Source: Camelus dromedarius
Lineage: Eukaryota
Assembly (NCBI RefSeq): GCF_036321535.1
Contig: NC_087459.1
Location: forward strand, 8,246,001 to 8,310,000
DNA: 64,000 nucleotides
Reading direction: 5' to 3'
Shown: positions 1 through 41,612 of the stretch, in pieces
Position numbering within the stretch: position 1 is the first letter of the stretch
Layout of the letters: every line of letters begins with the position of its first letter
The notes under the pieces: model-generated
The model's input: only the letters and a program-made list of their open reading frames with translations
The model's database searches: none
What the model was told of the DNA's origin: nothing
Position numbers and translations under genes: made by a program

Positions 1-2469
1 GAGCTGGCCTGGAGAAGGAGGGGGTGGTGGGCCAAGGTCACATGCCCTAGAAGAACCAGGCCTGGACCCATTCTACCCTGACCCCAGTCTACCCTGACCC
101 CTGGCATGGGCTCTTCCTTCCACGTCACGTTGCTGTGGGAAGTCAGAGAGCTGTACCCTCAGAAGACTGGAGCGCTGGGGCTCCCCTCACCTGGTCGTGG
201 GGCAGTGGCTGCCTCCGCCCACTTCTCTGACTACTCTCAGGGGCCATTTGACGCCTGCCTGAGGTTTTGAGTAGGTTTGTTTTCTTTCATCCCATACTTT
301 TACAGTAATATAGTGGACAAGAAGGGGCAAAAAGGAGAAAGATGGACCACTTTAAGACTAAGAATCATAAACTTCTAGCTTAAAAATGAGCTCTGGGAGT
401 GTTAGGCCCCTGCTCTGCTCTGTGTACTTCAAGTGCAGCTGAGAGCCAGTGTGCCTCTGGCCTCCCACTTAACACTCCCCTGGACTGAGAGGTGGGGAGA
501 TGGGGGTGAGGCGCACGTGTGGTTTGGAGGAGACTGCCTTTGGGGCAGAGACCCACCCTTGGCCCAGCTACTAAGAGAAGCTAAGCAGAGAGTCCCGAAG
601 CAAACAAATGCTTGGCTGGCCAGCTTGGAGGCCGTGATTTGATGCTAATAGGATGCCCTTGGAGAGACCTCGTGTGATTTTACAACTGAGAAAAGGGCCA
701 AATACTGTAACCATTTTGGCATTCTGGCTCACTTACTAAATCCAGCAGTCATTTTCAGTTTTGTGGAAAAGACCAGTGTGCATTGTGGACTGGCTTTTTC
801 CAGACAGGGGCTGAGATCACAGATGTGTGTCTGATAACACAGGAGCTGGAATGGCACAGGCTGTGGGCATGTGTGTGTTGCAGAGTAGCTCCTGCCTCCC
901 TGGCCACTCTGCTCAGGAAGGCTTAGTCAGAGCAGGGTAACCTGAGCCGCCTGCAGCCTTCTGAGCACACAGAATCTGCAGATTTCAAAGGGAAAAAGCC
1001 TTGGGCAGAACAAACACCCTGGTTGTCTACTTGCCCGTAATAACAACAGTGAGAAATTGCCAGTATGTTCTGGTCCCGAGGTGGTGCTCGTGGTGGGAGT
1101 GATGGTAGCTGGTGATGGTGCGGTTCAGGGAGAGGGATCAAGCCCCAGCGTCCACAGATACAGGCTTGGGTGCCAGCCTTGGCCTGGGGAGCTGCACTGG
1201 CTGCTTCAGGAAAGCAAGTGGGTTGCCAGACGTGGCAGGTTGCTTTCATCTCACGTGCCAAGTCCCATCGTTGGCCATTGTTTGCCTAGAGAATTGCAGC
1301 ACGGCGGATTTCGCCGAGTCAGGGAAGGGCACCTTGATGGGGCCGGCTTGGATGGCAAGCATTGGGCATCTCAGTCTCTCTTAATTATGCCGGGATGTGC
1401 TCTTGTCATCAAGACCAGTGAGTCCCACTCAGACTTGCAGAGCTAAATGGATGTGGCTTCTAAAACCTCTACGGAGACCTTTAAAGTGCTGGATCTGTAA
1501 CCAGGACAAAATGTGACAAACCCTCCGATTTCCTTCCCATTAGAAAAGAAGGTTGGAAGTGCCTGGGGCTGCTGGGAGCAAGTGTACGCCCTCGGCAGCG
1601 CCACCCACTGTGCCCCGAGGGAGGGGTGAGCAGGGGGCCGAGTTTGCTCTCCTCTTGGGCAGCAAAGAGCCTTCCTTGCCCTGATCAATCACCTTGCTCA
1701 CAGGAAGAAAAACTGGGGGACACGGTGTGAGTTGAGTAGCCACTATTTGCCTTAAAATCTTCTTAGCCTTAAAGAAACTACTAGTAACACCCCCCTTTGT
1801 CACAAGCAACTCGAGGGGCTATTCTGTTGGAGAAACACATACGTGGATGTTTGCTGATACTTCAGCATTTGGTGCTGTGTAGGGAAGGCATCCAGCTGGA
1901 AAGTTTGACCCAAAAACTGGGTTTTTTTTGTTCTAGTTGTACAAAAGTGATGCATTTCATAGAAGAGTATTTGGAGAGGGTGAAGCTGGAGGTGGGGGAA
2001 AGCCATAATCCTACTCTATAGAGATGATAATTTTGCCTTTTTTTTTCATGAGTGAATTAATATATTGGATCCAAAGTTTTCCCTCTTGTTTCCCACATTC
2101 CAAATAGTAAATCCACCACTGTCTGGACAAAGTATGTGATTTCTTCTGCTGCTGCGTTGTCATATTAAGAACAGTTTTGTGGGGTTTTTTAATAGTTAAC
2201 TTTTTTCAGATGAAACCATTAAGATTTGGTGCCTGGAGCTGCCTTTTCCTGGTCACCTCTAAATGTCGATCCCTTGTATGTCTGCTAGTCACCAGGAGTC
2301 CCGCAGAATCTCCCTAAAAAATGGAGACAAATAGGCATAGAAGAGCAGAGAGAGGCACTTGCCTGCCAGGAGTCCTCAGGGCCCCGTGGTGGCAGTTAGC
2401 AAGGCTGAGGACAGGTTGGTTACAAGTTAGTTCTCCCAAAACTAGGATTTCTAAATTGATATCTGGATT

Positions 2470-2790
2470 TTTTAAAGTTTCTGTTTCAGGATAATTTATA
2501 GAAAAGTATAGAAGTTATTTATGGAAAGTCACACCCAGATTCCCCAATGTGACCGTTTTTCCACCTTATTCTTCTCTCTCTCTCCCTCCCTCCCTCTCTG
2601 TTAAGACCTGAGAGGTCCTGCCGGCTCCCCATAGCATCCTCTGCTCGCAGTTGGCTTTTCACAACCTTGATGATGGTGACATCACAGCTCCCTGGATGCC
2701 CCCAGTTTGGCTTTCATGTGACCTCATGACCAGATGCGGGATGGGAGTTGGGGAGGGATCCTTGTGTGTAGCACAGGGTCCCTTTTCTCA
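2470..2790 (-). mobile_element. Ancient L1 (L1MC/L1ME-like) 3' fragment
   Basis: Degenerate resemblance to old L1 3' ends; recognised by eye only. Confidence 0.35.
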
Positions 2791-4340
2791 AATTCTCGCT
2801 TTTCATGAGAGTGTGAGGGTGATCTGTTAAGGCAGGGAAGATCAGAACAGCAGACACACCAGAGTGCTGTCCATCATCAGTGAGTCAGATGATCTTGGTG
2901 GCGTTCGTTTCCCATGCTCTGTTTAAAGTCAGGCCCCTGAGGCTGGTCATCACTGCCGCCCACATCCAGCTGCTCACTGAGTCCCGGCCATTCTTCTGGC
3001 CTGATTTTCTTTTTGATGTACTTTCTTTTTAATCTCCTTTGCCACCACCCTGGTTCCAGTTGCCCTATCACTGGTCCCCCAGCCACTTTGCTGCCTGTCT
3101 CAGCCCAACTCCAGCAGTGTGACTCGTCCAAAGGCAGATCCTGCCTCCCACTCTCACTTGTTCGTCCACTCCTTCAATGAGACGTTCTGAGTGCCAGACT
3201 TAGCTACAGGCTCCAGGGATTAGGTCCCTGGTGTCCTGGGGCAGGCCTTCAGATGGGGAGGGCCACATACTCAGAGGATGAGAAAATGGGGACACAGGAT
3301 AGAATGAAGGGTCGGGACAGGGACTGCTTTGGGTAGATGGAGAAAGGGACTCTCTCAGGAGGGTAGTTCCTTCAGCCAGGGCCTGGCCTTGCTCTGATGA
3401 GGTCCCCAGGCCCACCTCCCCTGCCCACTCCCCCCTGCCCTTCCATTTTCTTCCATCCCCCACCCTGCATGGTGTTCCCTGCCTGGACCACTCGCCCGTT
3501 CCTGTGCACACCTGAATCCCTCATGTTGGGCACCATGATATGCAGATGCAAGTGCTTGAGTGAGTCCCCATCGCCCCGGAGTCCCCACGGCTGCTTTGTA
3601 CTTAACCAAAGGGCAGTGACCTGGTTCTTTCAGCCCCAAGGCTGGATCTTTTCTCCCTGACCACACATCCCCAAGAGATGCCAGCTGTCTGCACATGCGT
3701 GTAAGGTGGGAGAGCTTCTTTCCTCTTTGCGCAGGCACCGTCCTGAGCTATCTGGTTCCTGAGCTCAAGGCCTCTTCCTGTGGTTTTCAGCTGACCATCC
3801 AACAGAGCTCTGCACGAGGATGGAAATTTCTGTTTTGTTGTGGATCTGATTCAGTAGCCAATGGCCACACAGGGCCATCGACACCTCACATTTGGTTCCT
3901 GCAACTGAGGATGAGTTTTTATGTCATTGTAATTAATTTGAGTTTAAATGGCCACATGTGGCTGGGGCTACCGTCCTGGGCAGCACAGCCGTCCATAGAT
4001 CTCGCTCAATCACTTTCCTGTAAGAGCAGCCAGTAAATGTTAACCTGTTACCTGTTACGTGGCCTCAGGCAAGAAAGGAAGAGGCTGAAAAGGTGGGATG
4101 TTCTTTCTTCATTGAACAAGTTCCAGAAAGAGGGGAGACCCCAAAGCGTAGGGAGTTTTGAAACAGGATAACTGAAGAAAATACTGTGAGATGGGGGGAA
4201 GAAAAGCATGCCAGCTATTTAGGAAACAGCAGAGAGGTGATAAAATTCTCGAAAGGCTGAGGAGGTCTGGTGGCAAATCCGCAGCACCTTGAAAGCATGT
4301 GGTGCTCATGGCACAGGATTATATCTCTGACCCTGGGCTG

Positions 4341-4790
4341 CTTCTCTTTTCTTTTCTTTCCTTCTTTGTAACAGCTTTATTGAGGTCAGTGGAATGAACT
4401 GTACATATTTGAAGTGTGTAGTTTGGTGGGTTTTGACATGTCTGCACCTGAAAAACCATCCCCACGATCAGGATAATGATGATCTCCATCATCCCTCAAA
4501 TTTCCCTGTATGCCACGGTAATCTCTCCCGGCTTCCCCCGTCTGGGTAACCACCCATCTACTTTCTGTCACTGCAGATCAATTTGCATTTTCTAGAACTT
4601 TATACAAATGGAATCCTGCAGTGTACATGCTTTTTCTGACCAGCTTCTTTGGCTCAGCGTAGTGCTTTGAGATTCACCCAGGTGGTTGTCCTTTCACTCG
4701 TCCCTTTGTTGCTGAGCGCGTCCGGCTGTGCAGATGTCAGTTCAGCTCCTCTTGGTGGAGGAGCCACACTCCATTTCTCAGTCCTGCCTG
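4341..4790 (-). mobile_element. Old L1M 3'-end fragment
   Basis: T-rich tail, then acagctttattgagg...gaactgtacatatt...tctagaactttatacaaatggaatc...gagattcaccca, typical antisense L1MB/MC 3' UTR. Confidence 0.7.
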
Positions 4791-5580
4791 TCCTGCAGGC
4801 AGCAGCCCATGGAGTTGCTGCTGGAAGACAGGCAGAAAAACCCAGCAATTAGAATCACTTGGTGGCTGGCTAGTGCATCCTAAGAAAGCATCCCAGTCAC
4901 CAGCGTGGAAAAGGCTCACCCCATGGAAATGAAATATTTGAAGACACTTAGAGCCTGCGGAGCCATTTATCAGTTATACTTTCAGCACCTCTTATGGGTA
5001 AGAGATTTGGGGAATACCAGTTTAAGTGGAACATCTCTCCATTTGGTGGGATTTGTGAGCTGGGGGTTAGGAAATTTAGACTCTGATTACCACAGTGGCC
5101 AATTCAAAGCAATGCCTTTTCTAAAAGTTCTCTGGGTGCCCCCTCCCTGGCCTCATGTCTCCCCTGCTCTCAGGGTGCCCTTCCTCCATCCTGTATCCTA
5201 GGCTCCTGTTCCCTGACCTCTGCACGCCGGCCTTCTGACCACTCCTCCCTCTTCACAGTAAACCAGACCCAGATCATCGCGGAATCTGGGGGTGCATGTG
5301 CCCATTGGCCTCTTGCTGGTCTGCCATGTTCGCTTCTGGGCAGCGAGACCCTCTGTCTACCGAGTGGCCAATCACGGGCATCCTTAGGTCTCTCCTGTTA
5401 AATTGAGCAAGAGGGAGGGAGAAGCCAAGTGGATTAGGAAGTTTAAGAAGTCTCTGTGTTCTGCTGAGAATGCTTTGGAGAACATAGTCTACTTGAGAGT
5501 AACTTCTCCCAGAGAATCCTTAGGATGGGGCATTTAGAGTTTTTGTTTTATCTTCCTTTTCCTTATCTCCCAGGCACCAT

Positions 5581-5700
5581 ATCATATATCATATATAATA
5601 AAAATATGATATATATTTTAAGATACAAATTATATATTAGTGTTTAACATACAATATTTAAATAAATATATATTAAAATAGGTATTTTTATACACACACT
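5581..5700. repeat. AT-rich low-complexity tract
   Basis: (AT)-rich run in a GC-rich background. Confidence 0.6.
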
Positions 5701-6629
5701 TTTCATTTCTATCTTACCAATTCTTGAAAATCAATGTGAATTAAATCAATGCCATTTGTTGGGATTCATTTCAGGCAGATGCTGAACCAGTGGTCCCTTT
5801 AACATAACAAATGTGGAACCTTTGCTTTTTTTCTTTTTTTAAATGAAATCAACCCGATTCTTGGATTCCGGCAGTGACCTGATCTCTCAGGCGTGTGCCT
5901 ACAATTTGAATGCAGAAACACCCTCCCTCCCTCTCTACCCACCTGCCCACACTGCATTGTAGATGGAAAGAAAGCTGTAAAGGAGCCTCTGACGCTTGAG
6001 GTCTTATGGGTTCAGCACCCCTGTGAGCACTCAGTAAATATTTGATCATGACGGGAAGGCACCATCAGGACCAGGGAATTAGCCACCAGGAGACAGGCGT
6101 CTCCCCCTAGGCACATAAGCCTGTGCCCAGCACCCCAAGTGCACCACTCTGCCCGCCTAAGATAAAAAACAAAGAACATTTTTCTTTTGGAAATTCACTT
6201 GACCCCCTCACCCCCAGGAAGGAATTACATGATTAAGAATGCAAAAGAAAAGAAAAGATCTTTGATTCTTGTTGTGTTCATTTCTAACAAACCAGCCAGA
6301 ATTGAATTACTTCCTATGTGTGACCCTGGCCTAAAGGACATACAAGAGGGAAGGATTGGATTTAATATGTTAATTTGCTTTGCATTTAATTAAAGCAACC
6401 TCAGGCTATGAAAGTTACCAAAACTAAAGAGTACGTCATGAAAGAGTGTTTACCTAGTAATCTGTCTTGCACTTTGGGATTGGTAATGCTGGCTTCCGTT
6501 GTCTTAATTTTTTTTTTTTTTACTGCACGTGTTTTTTTAATTTACATATATGTACTGTTCATTGTTTCTGAGAACATTTAGAGCTTTAGCTTTTTAAACT
6601 TACATAGTTATCAAAGGAATAAAGCCAAC

Positions 6630-6805
6630 CACAAAATAAGAATTAATTCAAAAAGATACATACATTCCACTATTAACATTATAAATGCCAAGATATGGAA
6701 GCATCCTAAGTGTACATCAATTGATGAATGGATAAAGAAGATGCAGCATATATGTGTAATGGCATACAACTCACCCATAAGAAAGAAGGATATTTTGCCA
6801 TTTGC
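6630..6805 (+). mobile_element. L1 ORF2 C-terminal fragment
   Basis: gccaagatatggaagcatcctaagtgtacatcaattgatgaatggataaagaagatg...ttgccattt. Confidence 0.8.
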
Positions 6806-6859
6806 CGCCTTTCATTCACTTTTTTTTTCCACTTAAAAAACCAGAATTTTATAACTGGC

Positions 6860-7209
6860 GTAAACATTTCCATTGTATCAAAAACAACAAAATACCTAGA
6901 AATAAACTTAGCCAAGGAGGTTACCTATACTCTGAAAACTGTAAAGCATTGATGAAGGAAATCGAAGATGATAACAAAGAAATGGAAAGATATCTTGTGC
7001 TCTTAGATTGGAAGAATCAATATCAAAAGAAACACCCTCCCTCCCTCTCTACCCACCTGCCCACACTGCATGGGCACACTACCAAAGCAGTCTACAGATC
7101 CAATGCAACCCCTGTCAAAATAGTCATGACATTTTTCATAGAACTAGAACAAACAATTCCAAAATTTATATGGAACCATAAAAGACCCTAAACTGCCAAA
7201 GCAATCTTT
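6860..7209 (+). mobile_element. L1 ORF2 internal fragment (post-RT region) with a 44-bp insertion
   Basis: aaatacctagaaataaactta...ggaagaatcaatatc...caaagcagtctacagatccaatgcaa...aaaatttatatggaacc...gccaaagcaatctt. Confidence 0.85.
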
Positions 7210-7690
7210 TGTGGTCTTTTTTTTTCTTTCTTCTTTTTGTTCTCTTTTCTTATGGTTTGATGACTAGAGAAGTTCCTTGAACATTTGCTGTAAAGCTGGC
7301 TTTGTGGTGCTGAATTCTTTTAGCTCTTGTTTATCTGTGAAGCTTTTGATTTCTCCATCAAGTCTGAACAAGAACCTTGCTAGACAGAGTATTCTTGGTT
7401 GTTAAGTTTTTCCCTTTCATCACTTTAAATATATCGTGCCACTCCCTTCTGGCCTGTAGAGTTTCTTCTCAAAACTCAGCTGTTAACCTTATGGGAGTTC
7501 TCTTGTTTGTTATTTGTTGCTTTTCTCTGCTAATTTTAATATTTTCTCCTTATCCTTAATTTTTGTCAATTTGATGACTACATGCCTTGATGTGTTCCTC
7601 TTTGGGTTAATCCTGTGTGGTACCCTCTGTGCTTCCTGGACTTGGGTGACTGTTTCCTTTCCCAAGTTGGAGAAGTTTTTGGTTATTATG
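7210..7690 (-). mobile_element. L1 ORF1 C-terminal half plus inter-ORF spacer, cetartiodactyl type
   Basis: Reverse complement reads ...ggccagaagggagtggcacgatatatttaaagtgatgaaaggg...gatggagaaatcaaaagcttcacagataaac...aaggaacttctctag. Confidence 0.85.
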
Positions 7691-10049
7691 TTGTTTTAAT
7701 TTTATATGTGACATGAAAAATCAGTTTCTTACTTAAGTTTGCTTGTATGTATAAAATGGGAAGAATGAACTTATTCCATGAGATACTGAGAATAGCTTCC
7801 TTTGATTCCTAAAATTTGGAAGAGCCTTCTATCTCACATGACTTTAATACATACTTTGAAATTCACCAAAAATCAAATTCTGAAAATCAAAGTTGAATTT
7901 AATTTTAAAACAGAGCACTTTGTTAGGGAGAAAGAGGGGGAAGGATATCTTAAAAACAAATCTAAAAAGGGAATCATGTGGTATATTGATATTTAGAGGT
8001 GAGAATTAGGTATTTCACAGCGTAGTGTTCAGGATAAGCCACATTTGGTGCGTTTTCCTCAATTGTTAGTGGCTCATCGTTGCTCTTGGAGGGCTCAGGA
8101 GGTTTAAGGGTGGCCTTAAAGAATGAGACAAACAAACAAAAAAATGTCTGTAGGTTATCAGATGATACCTGACATTTTGATTAGACTCAGACAGGTGACA
8201 ATTCCAAACAAACTCAGATCTGTAGTACCCGTAATTAGCATGTGTATGACGTTTTCCCTTTGCTAGGGCCACACCTTCTGCAGTGTTTCAGGTGGGAGAT
8301 TATTACTGTTTTACAATCCAGGGCTGTGTGGACCCACTCAACCCAAGTGCTGACAGTTAAAATTTTATTCTTCTCATACCATTCATACTGGATAAATTGA
8401 ATGGGATAAATTCAATAAAAACTGAAAAATTTTAAAACTTTCTTATGGAAAGGCTTCTTTATAGACCTAACCCTGTCCCCCACCACTGAAAATTCTTGAT
8501 TCTCTTAAATCTAAAGTAAATGATGTTTAAAGAAAAATATTTTCTGCTTCTTTGAAAATATCTGTTGAATTTTTTTGTGACTTTAACTCTGTGAATAAAG
8601 TTCCCTGCTGACACCTCTCCCCATTTCCCATAGCTTCTCTCCCTTGTGTTGAAGGAGAACTTGAATTTGCAACCTCCTTCCCTCGTTTATTCATTGAATC
8701 ACCAGCCGTGAAGCCCCTGCTGTATTCCCGGCCCCGTCAACGACTGTCCCCTGCTCTTCACTTGTCAAGATGATTTTCACTTCATCCCGAGTCTAGCCCT
8801 GAGCGTTTCCTCATAGAAATTAAAGATTAAATATTTGTTTAGTCTTGGCCAGGCACTGTTCCTTCACATCATTTATTCCTCATGATACCTGATGAAGATG
8901 GCATTGTGTATTCCATCTGGTTAAATGGCCATCTTGCATTCTTGTTAACTGAAATTACTGCAGTGACATTGAAATGGTTTTTTTCCAGAGGGGAAGAAAA
9001 AGGATTTCTTTTCAGCTATGGATCCTGTATTGTGTTTACAATGTTCCTGTGAACTAGGAGCCCCTGCGATCCCCTCCAGGTCAGCTCTGGCTGGTGGGAT
9101 GCTGAGCTCCAAGGCAGTGGGGAAGCAGCCATAGTGGCCGACCTGTGGAGGGCTGACAATGCCCTGGTATCTGCTCCCAGCCCGGCAGGGGGCTGGGGGC
9201 TGGCTCTTCAGTCTGCTGGTGTGTTTCTAGGGGTTTTTTGGCTCATCTGGGGAGTTGCTGCCCCATGATTGTGATTGCTCACACCCCTGGTCTGCCGGGT
9301 GCTTAGAGGATGACTGAGTGGTCCTGCCCTGTGACTGTCCCTTGGCACCAGGATTGCACTGGCCTGAGAACCACTGATATCCTGTGTGTTCACCATCTCC
9401 CTGCCCCCCTGGGATGCCCTCTGCCTTTGGCCTTGAGGACGTGCATAGACACAGTTTACTTAGTTAGGTGTTTTCTCTCACAGTCAACATCTCCATATTT
9501 CCTGGTGCTGAAAGGCCTGAAAAGACCGTAACAACAGAGGATTTCTGCATGTGCCCTGGTTTGGGGCCAACTTCATCAGGAATCTCGAAGCATAGGGGTT
9601 GTTTGGTGGCCTGACAAGGCTTTTCGGCACTGTCGTCTACTTTGAATTTTAATGACCACCTATCAGGATAGATTTAGGAATGTCTGTCTGACCTTAAGGA
9701 TCTGGGAGTGGATTTTCTTACATCGTCTTTCATTTAGAAATCTTTTTTAGCTGACTCTCAGATACGAAATGCAGGTGATATGATGAAATACAGATGAGAA
9801 TTCTAGAGAAATGACATCAGTACCACAGACTACGTCTCTTTTTGTAAAACTCAGGTGCTACAGCTTGGAGGTAGCACAGTGCTCATTTTAAAGAAGATTT
9901 CCATTTTTTTAGCCCCAGTTTCTCCATCAAATAGCTCTTCAAGGTAAGTTTTCTCTTTATCCCAAATCCAAGCCTGAGCATTTTGTCATGAAAAACAGGG
10001 ACCCCTTCCCAAGAACTAGAGAACCTATGCTTTATGACAGGCAAAATGT

Positions 10050-11110
10050 TTGTTCAAAAAAAAATATGTAAGTGATTCAGGATGATTCTCAATTTAATCT
10101 AGGAGACACAAGTGGGAATAGCCAAGAAAATATTGAAAAGGAAGACTTCAGAGAGCAGATATATATCAGCTATTAAAAGATACTGAAACACTATAAGTTT
10201 AAGAAAACCTTTAGTACTGATTCAGAAATAGACTGAAATATGTATTAGAATTTGGCATATGATAAAGGTAGCATTCGAAGCAATGAGGAAAGAGTATATT
10301 ATTAAGCAAATGGTATAGAAGTAAATAAACTTCTATACTGTGCACCCACAAATTACATCCTGGAGACAGTGCTTACAGCATATAAGACAGATTCTTGACT
10401 AGGTGTGATAAGTCCTTACAGATTGTTGGGAAAAATTTGAACACATGGTAGGAAATCGGACAGGAGACATAATAAGCTGTTCACGAAAGAAGTAACATAT
10501 ATGACTGATACATTTACTCAGGATCATCAGTCATCAAGAAACTAAAAATGAAAACAGTTACGCTGGGCTGTTTTCCCACCTGTCAGGTGGGCGGCGCTGC
10601 TGTCGGGCTGCAGACAGAGGCCGTGGGCGCTCTGGGAAGGGCACCGCCTGCCCCGGGGGATGTAGGGGTGGGATGCCATTCAGAAGAGTCATCAGCCCAA
10701 CCACAGCAGGATGCCACTGGGCAGATACACAAGTGGTAACATTTTAAAGCAACCCAAGTCCAACAATAATAGGCGATCAATTGAGTAAACTATGTTCCAC
10801 ACACACACACTCACAGGGAACACACACCTGTTAAAAGTGGGAGTGGTAGAGTACATTTCTCCACATAGATGCTCCAGGGTAAATGAGCCAATAAACCAGG
10901 TCAGAATACTACGTACAAGGTGATCGCACATTTGCCCTCCCCGCCCCACACACACTAGTCTGGAAGAGTGTCACCCAGTTTTAACTGACCCTCTCTGGAT
11001 GGTAGAATTATGGGTTTTTTAAAAGTATTACTTTCACTTTATACTTTAATAATACTTTAAAAGTATTATTTTTCACACTCTCATCTGATTTTTCTACAAA
11101 AGTATATGTT
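10050..11110 (+). mobile_element. Ancient L1M ORF2/3' relics (interrupted)
   Basis: A-rich degenerate L1 motifs, e.g. atatgataaaggtagcatt, atcagtcatcaagaaactaaaaatgaaaaca. Confidence 0.5.
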
Positions 11111-12439
11111 TATGTCATTCTTTAAATATTCTTTAAGGAATAGGAATTTGAATTACCCAATTTAAAAAAATAGCTTTACCAGCCAATTAATAGCATTTGT
11201 TTATTCTTCTTTGCTGGTCATATCCATGGTCATTCAGAACCACTTTTTTTTTATTTTGTGTGCTACTTCACCTCTTCTGTGTGTTTTCCCAGCAGTGGGG
11301 TGGTTTTGTCTTCATTTTACTTAAGCTGCATGTGATGTCATTAACACAGATTTTCTTCCTGATGCAGCTTCTTCCCTGCCCGCCCCTCCCCTTCCCCCCA
11401 TGTGTTCTGCCCTCTCATTCACTGCGCAGAATGAGTCATCCTTCGGGCAGGAGCCCCAGTGCTTTTCAGCACAAAGACCTTTAGAAGCCGCTGTAGGAAG
11501 TCAAGTGTCTCTGGGGCCCAGAGTTGGGGGGCGGGTGGAGAGTGGTGGAGGGGGGAGTGACTGGGTGCTGTTGTCATGGGAAACACGGCCGTGACCACCA
11601 TGAATTCACCAACTCTTCTTGACACCCAAAACCTGGAATCAGCAACCGGTTTTATATTCCCATCTTCTGAGACTATATTTTCAGAACCTAGTTGATATTT
11701 ACGTTTCCTACAAATGAAATTTCTTAGTATTTCCATTTCCTACTTAGTAAAATCGAGGTGTTGACAGCTCCCTATCAGGGCTGTGGCATCTGTGCCATCG
11801 CCTAGCCTGGGGCCATGCCCCCTGGACTGGAGCCTGGCTTCACCGCCTCCCACCCCCACCCCAGGCTGTCAGTGGTAAGCTAGATCTCCTCCGAAGACCA
11901 TTGAGGATTTTCTCTTGTTTTACAAAATGTTTTCTTCTCACTTGATTTGATAATAATTTTCCCCAGAAACATAGCATGTTAAGGTGCAGATTCCAAATCT
12001 AGACCAACAACCCCCACCCCTAATCTGGTTTTTAAAAGAATCGGAGCAGGACCGTACATTGCTGGTCACTCCACCAAATGACAGCTTCCTGAACGGAGCA
12101 GCGACTGAGATACAGACCAAGAAAATACACTTGGCCTCTTTTAGATGTATCGTACCAAGAGGATTAATATTACCTTGTTGCATAAGGACCAACTACTTAA
12201 TTTGTGGGGCCTAGTGCAAAACTGGCAACATGGCCCCCTTGTTTAAAAATTATTAAGGATTTCAAGATTAAGGTGAGCGTGCATGAGCTCATTTCACCTC
12301 CAGGCCCTGAGTGACTTTCGGGGTAGCCAGTTAGAAGGTTGTGTTACCGACTTCTGGGCAGCTCCTCCAGCCCCTGCTCTCCTGCACTGTCTCTGGCAGG
12401 CCATCGCAGGGGGCTGGGGAGACCGCATTCTGTGCCTGA

Positions 12440-41612
<29,173 letters not shown>

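Noticed and set aside
72-101. Short tandem duplications (also 11018-11076 and 31638-31667)
   Set aside because: Two-copy 14-20 bp slippage events are ordinary in mammalian introns; not CRISPR-like or otherwise arrayed.
11333-11438. ATGAGTCAT AP-1 site and TGATGTCA near exon 2, a tempting JNK-AP-1 feedback enhancer
   Set aside because: TGAGTCA/TGACTCA occurs many times in the window; there is no evidence beyond a short motif.
11577-11696. Short ORF MGNTAVTTMNSP... in intron 1 as a possible alternative first exon
   Set aside because: Ends in a stop, and I found no convincing in-frame donor to exon 2.
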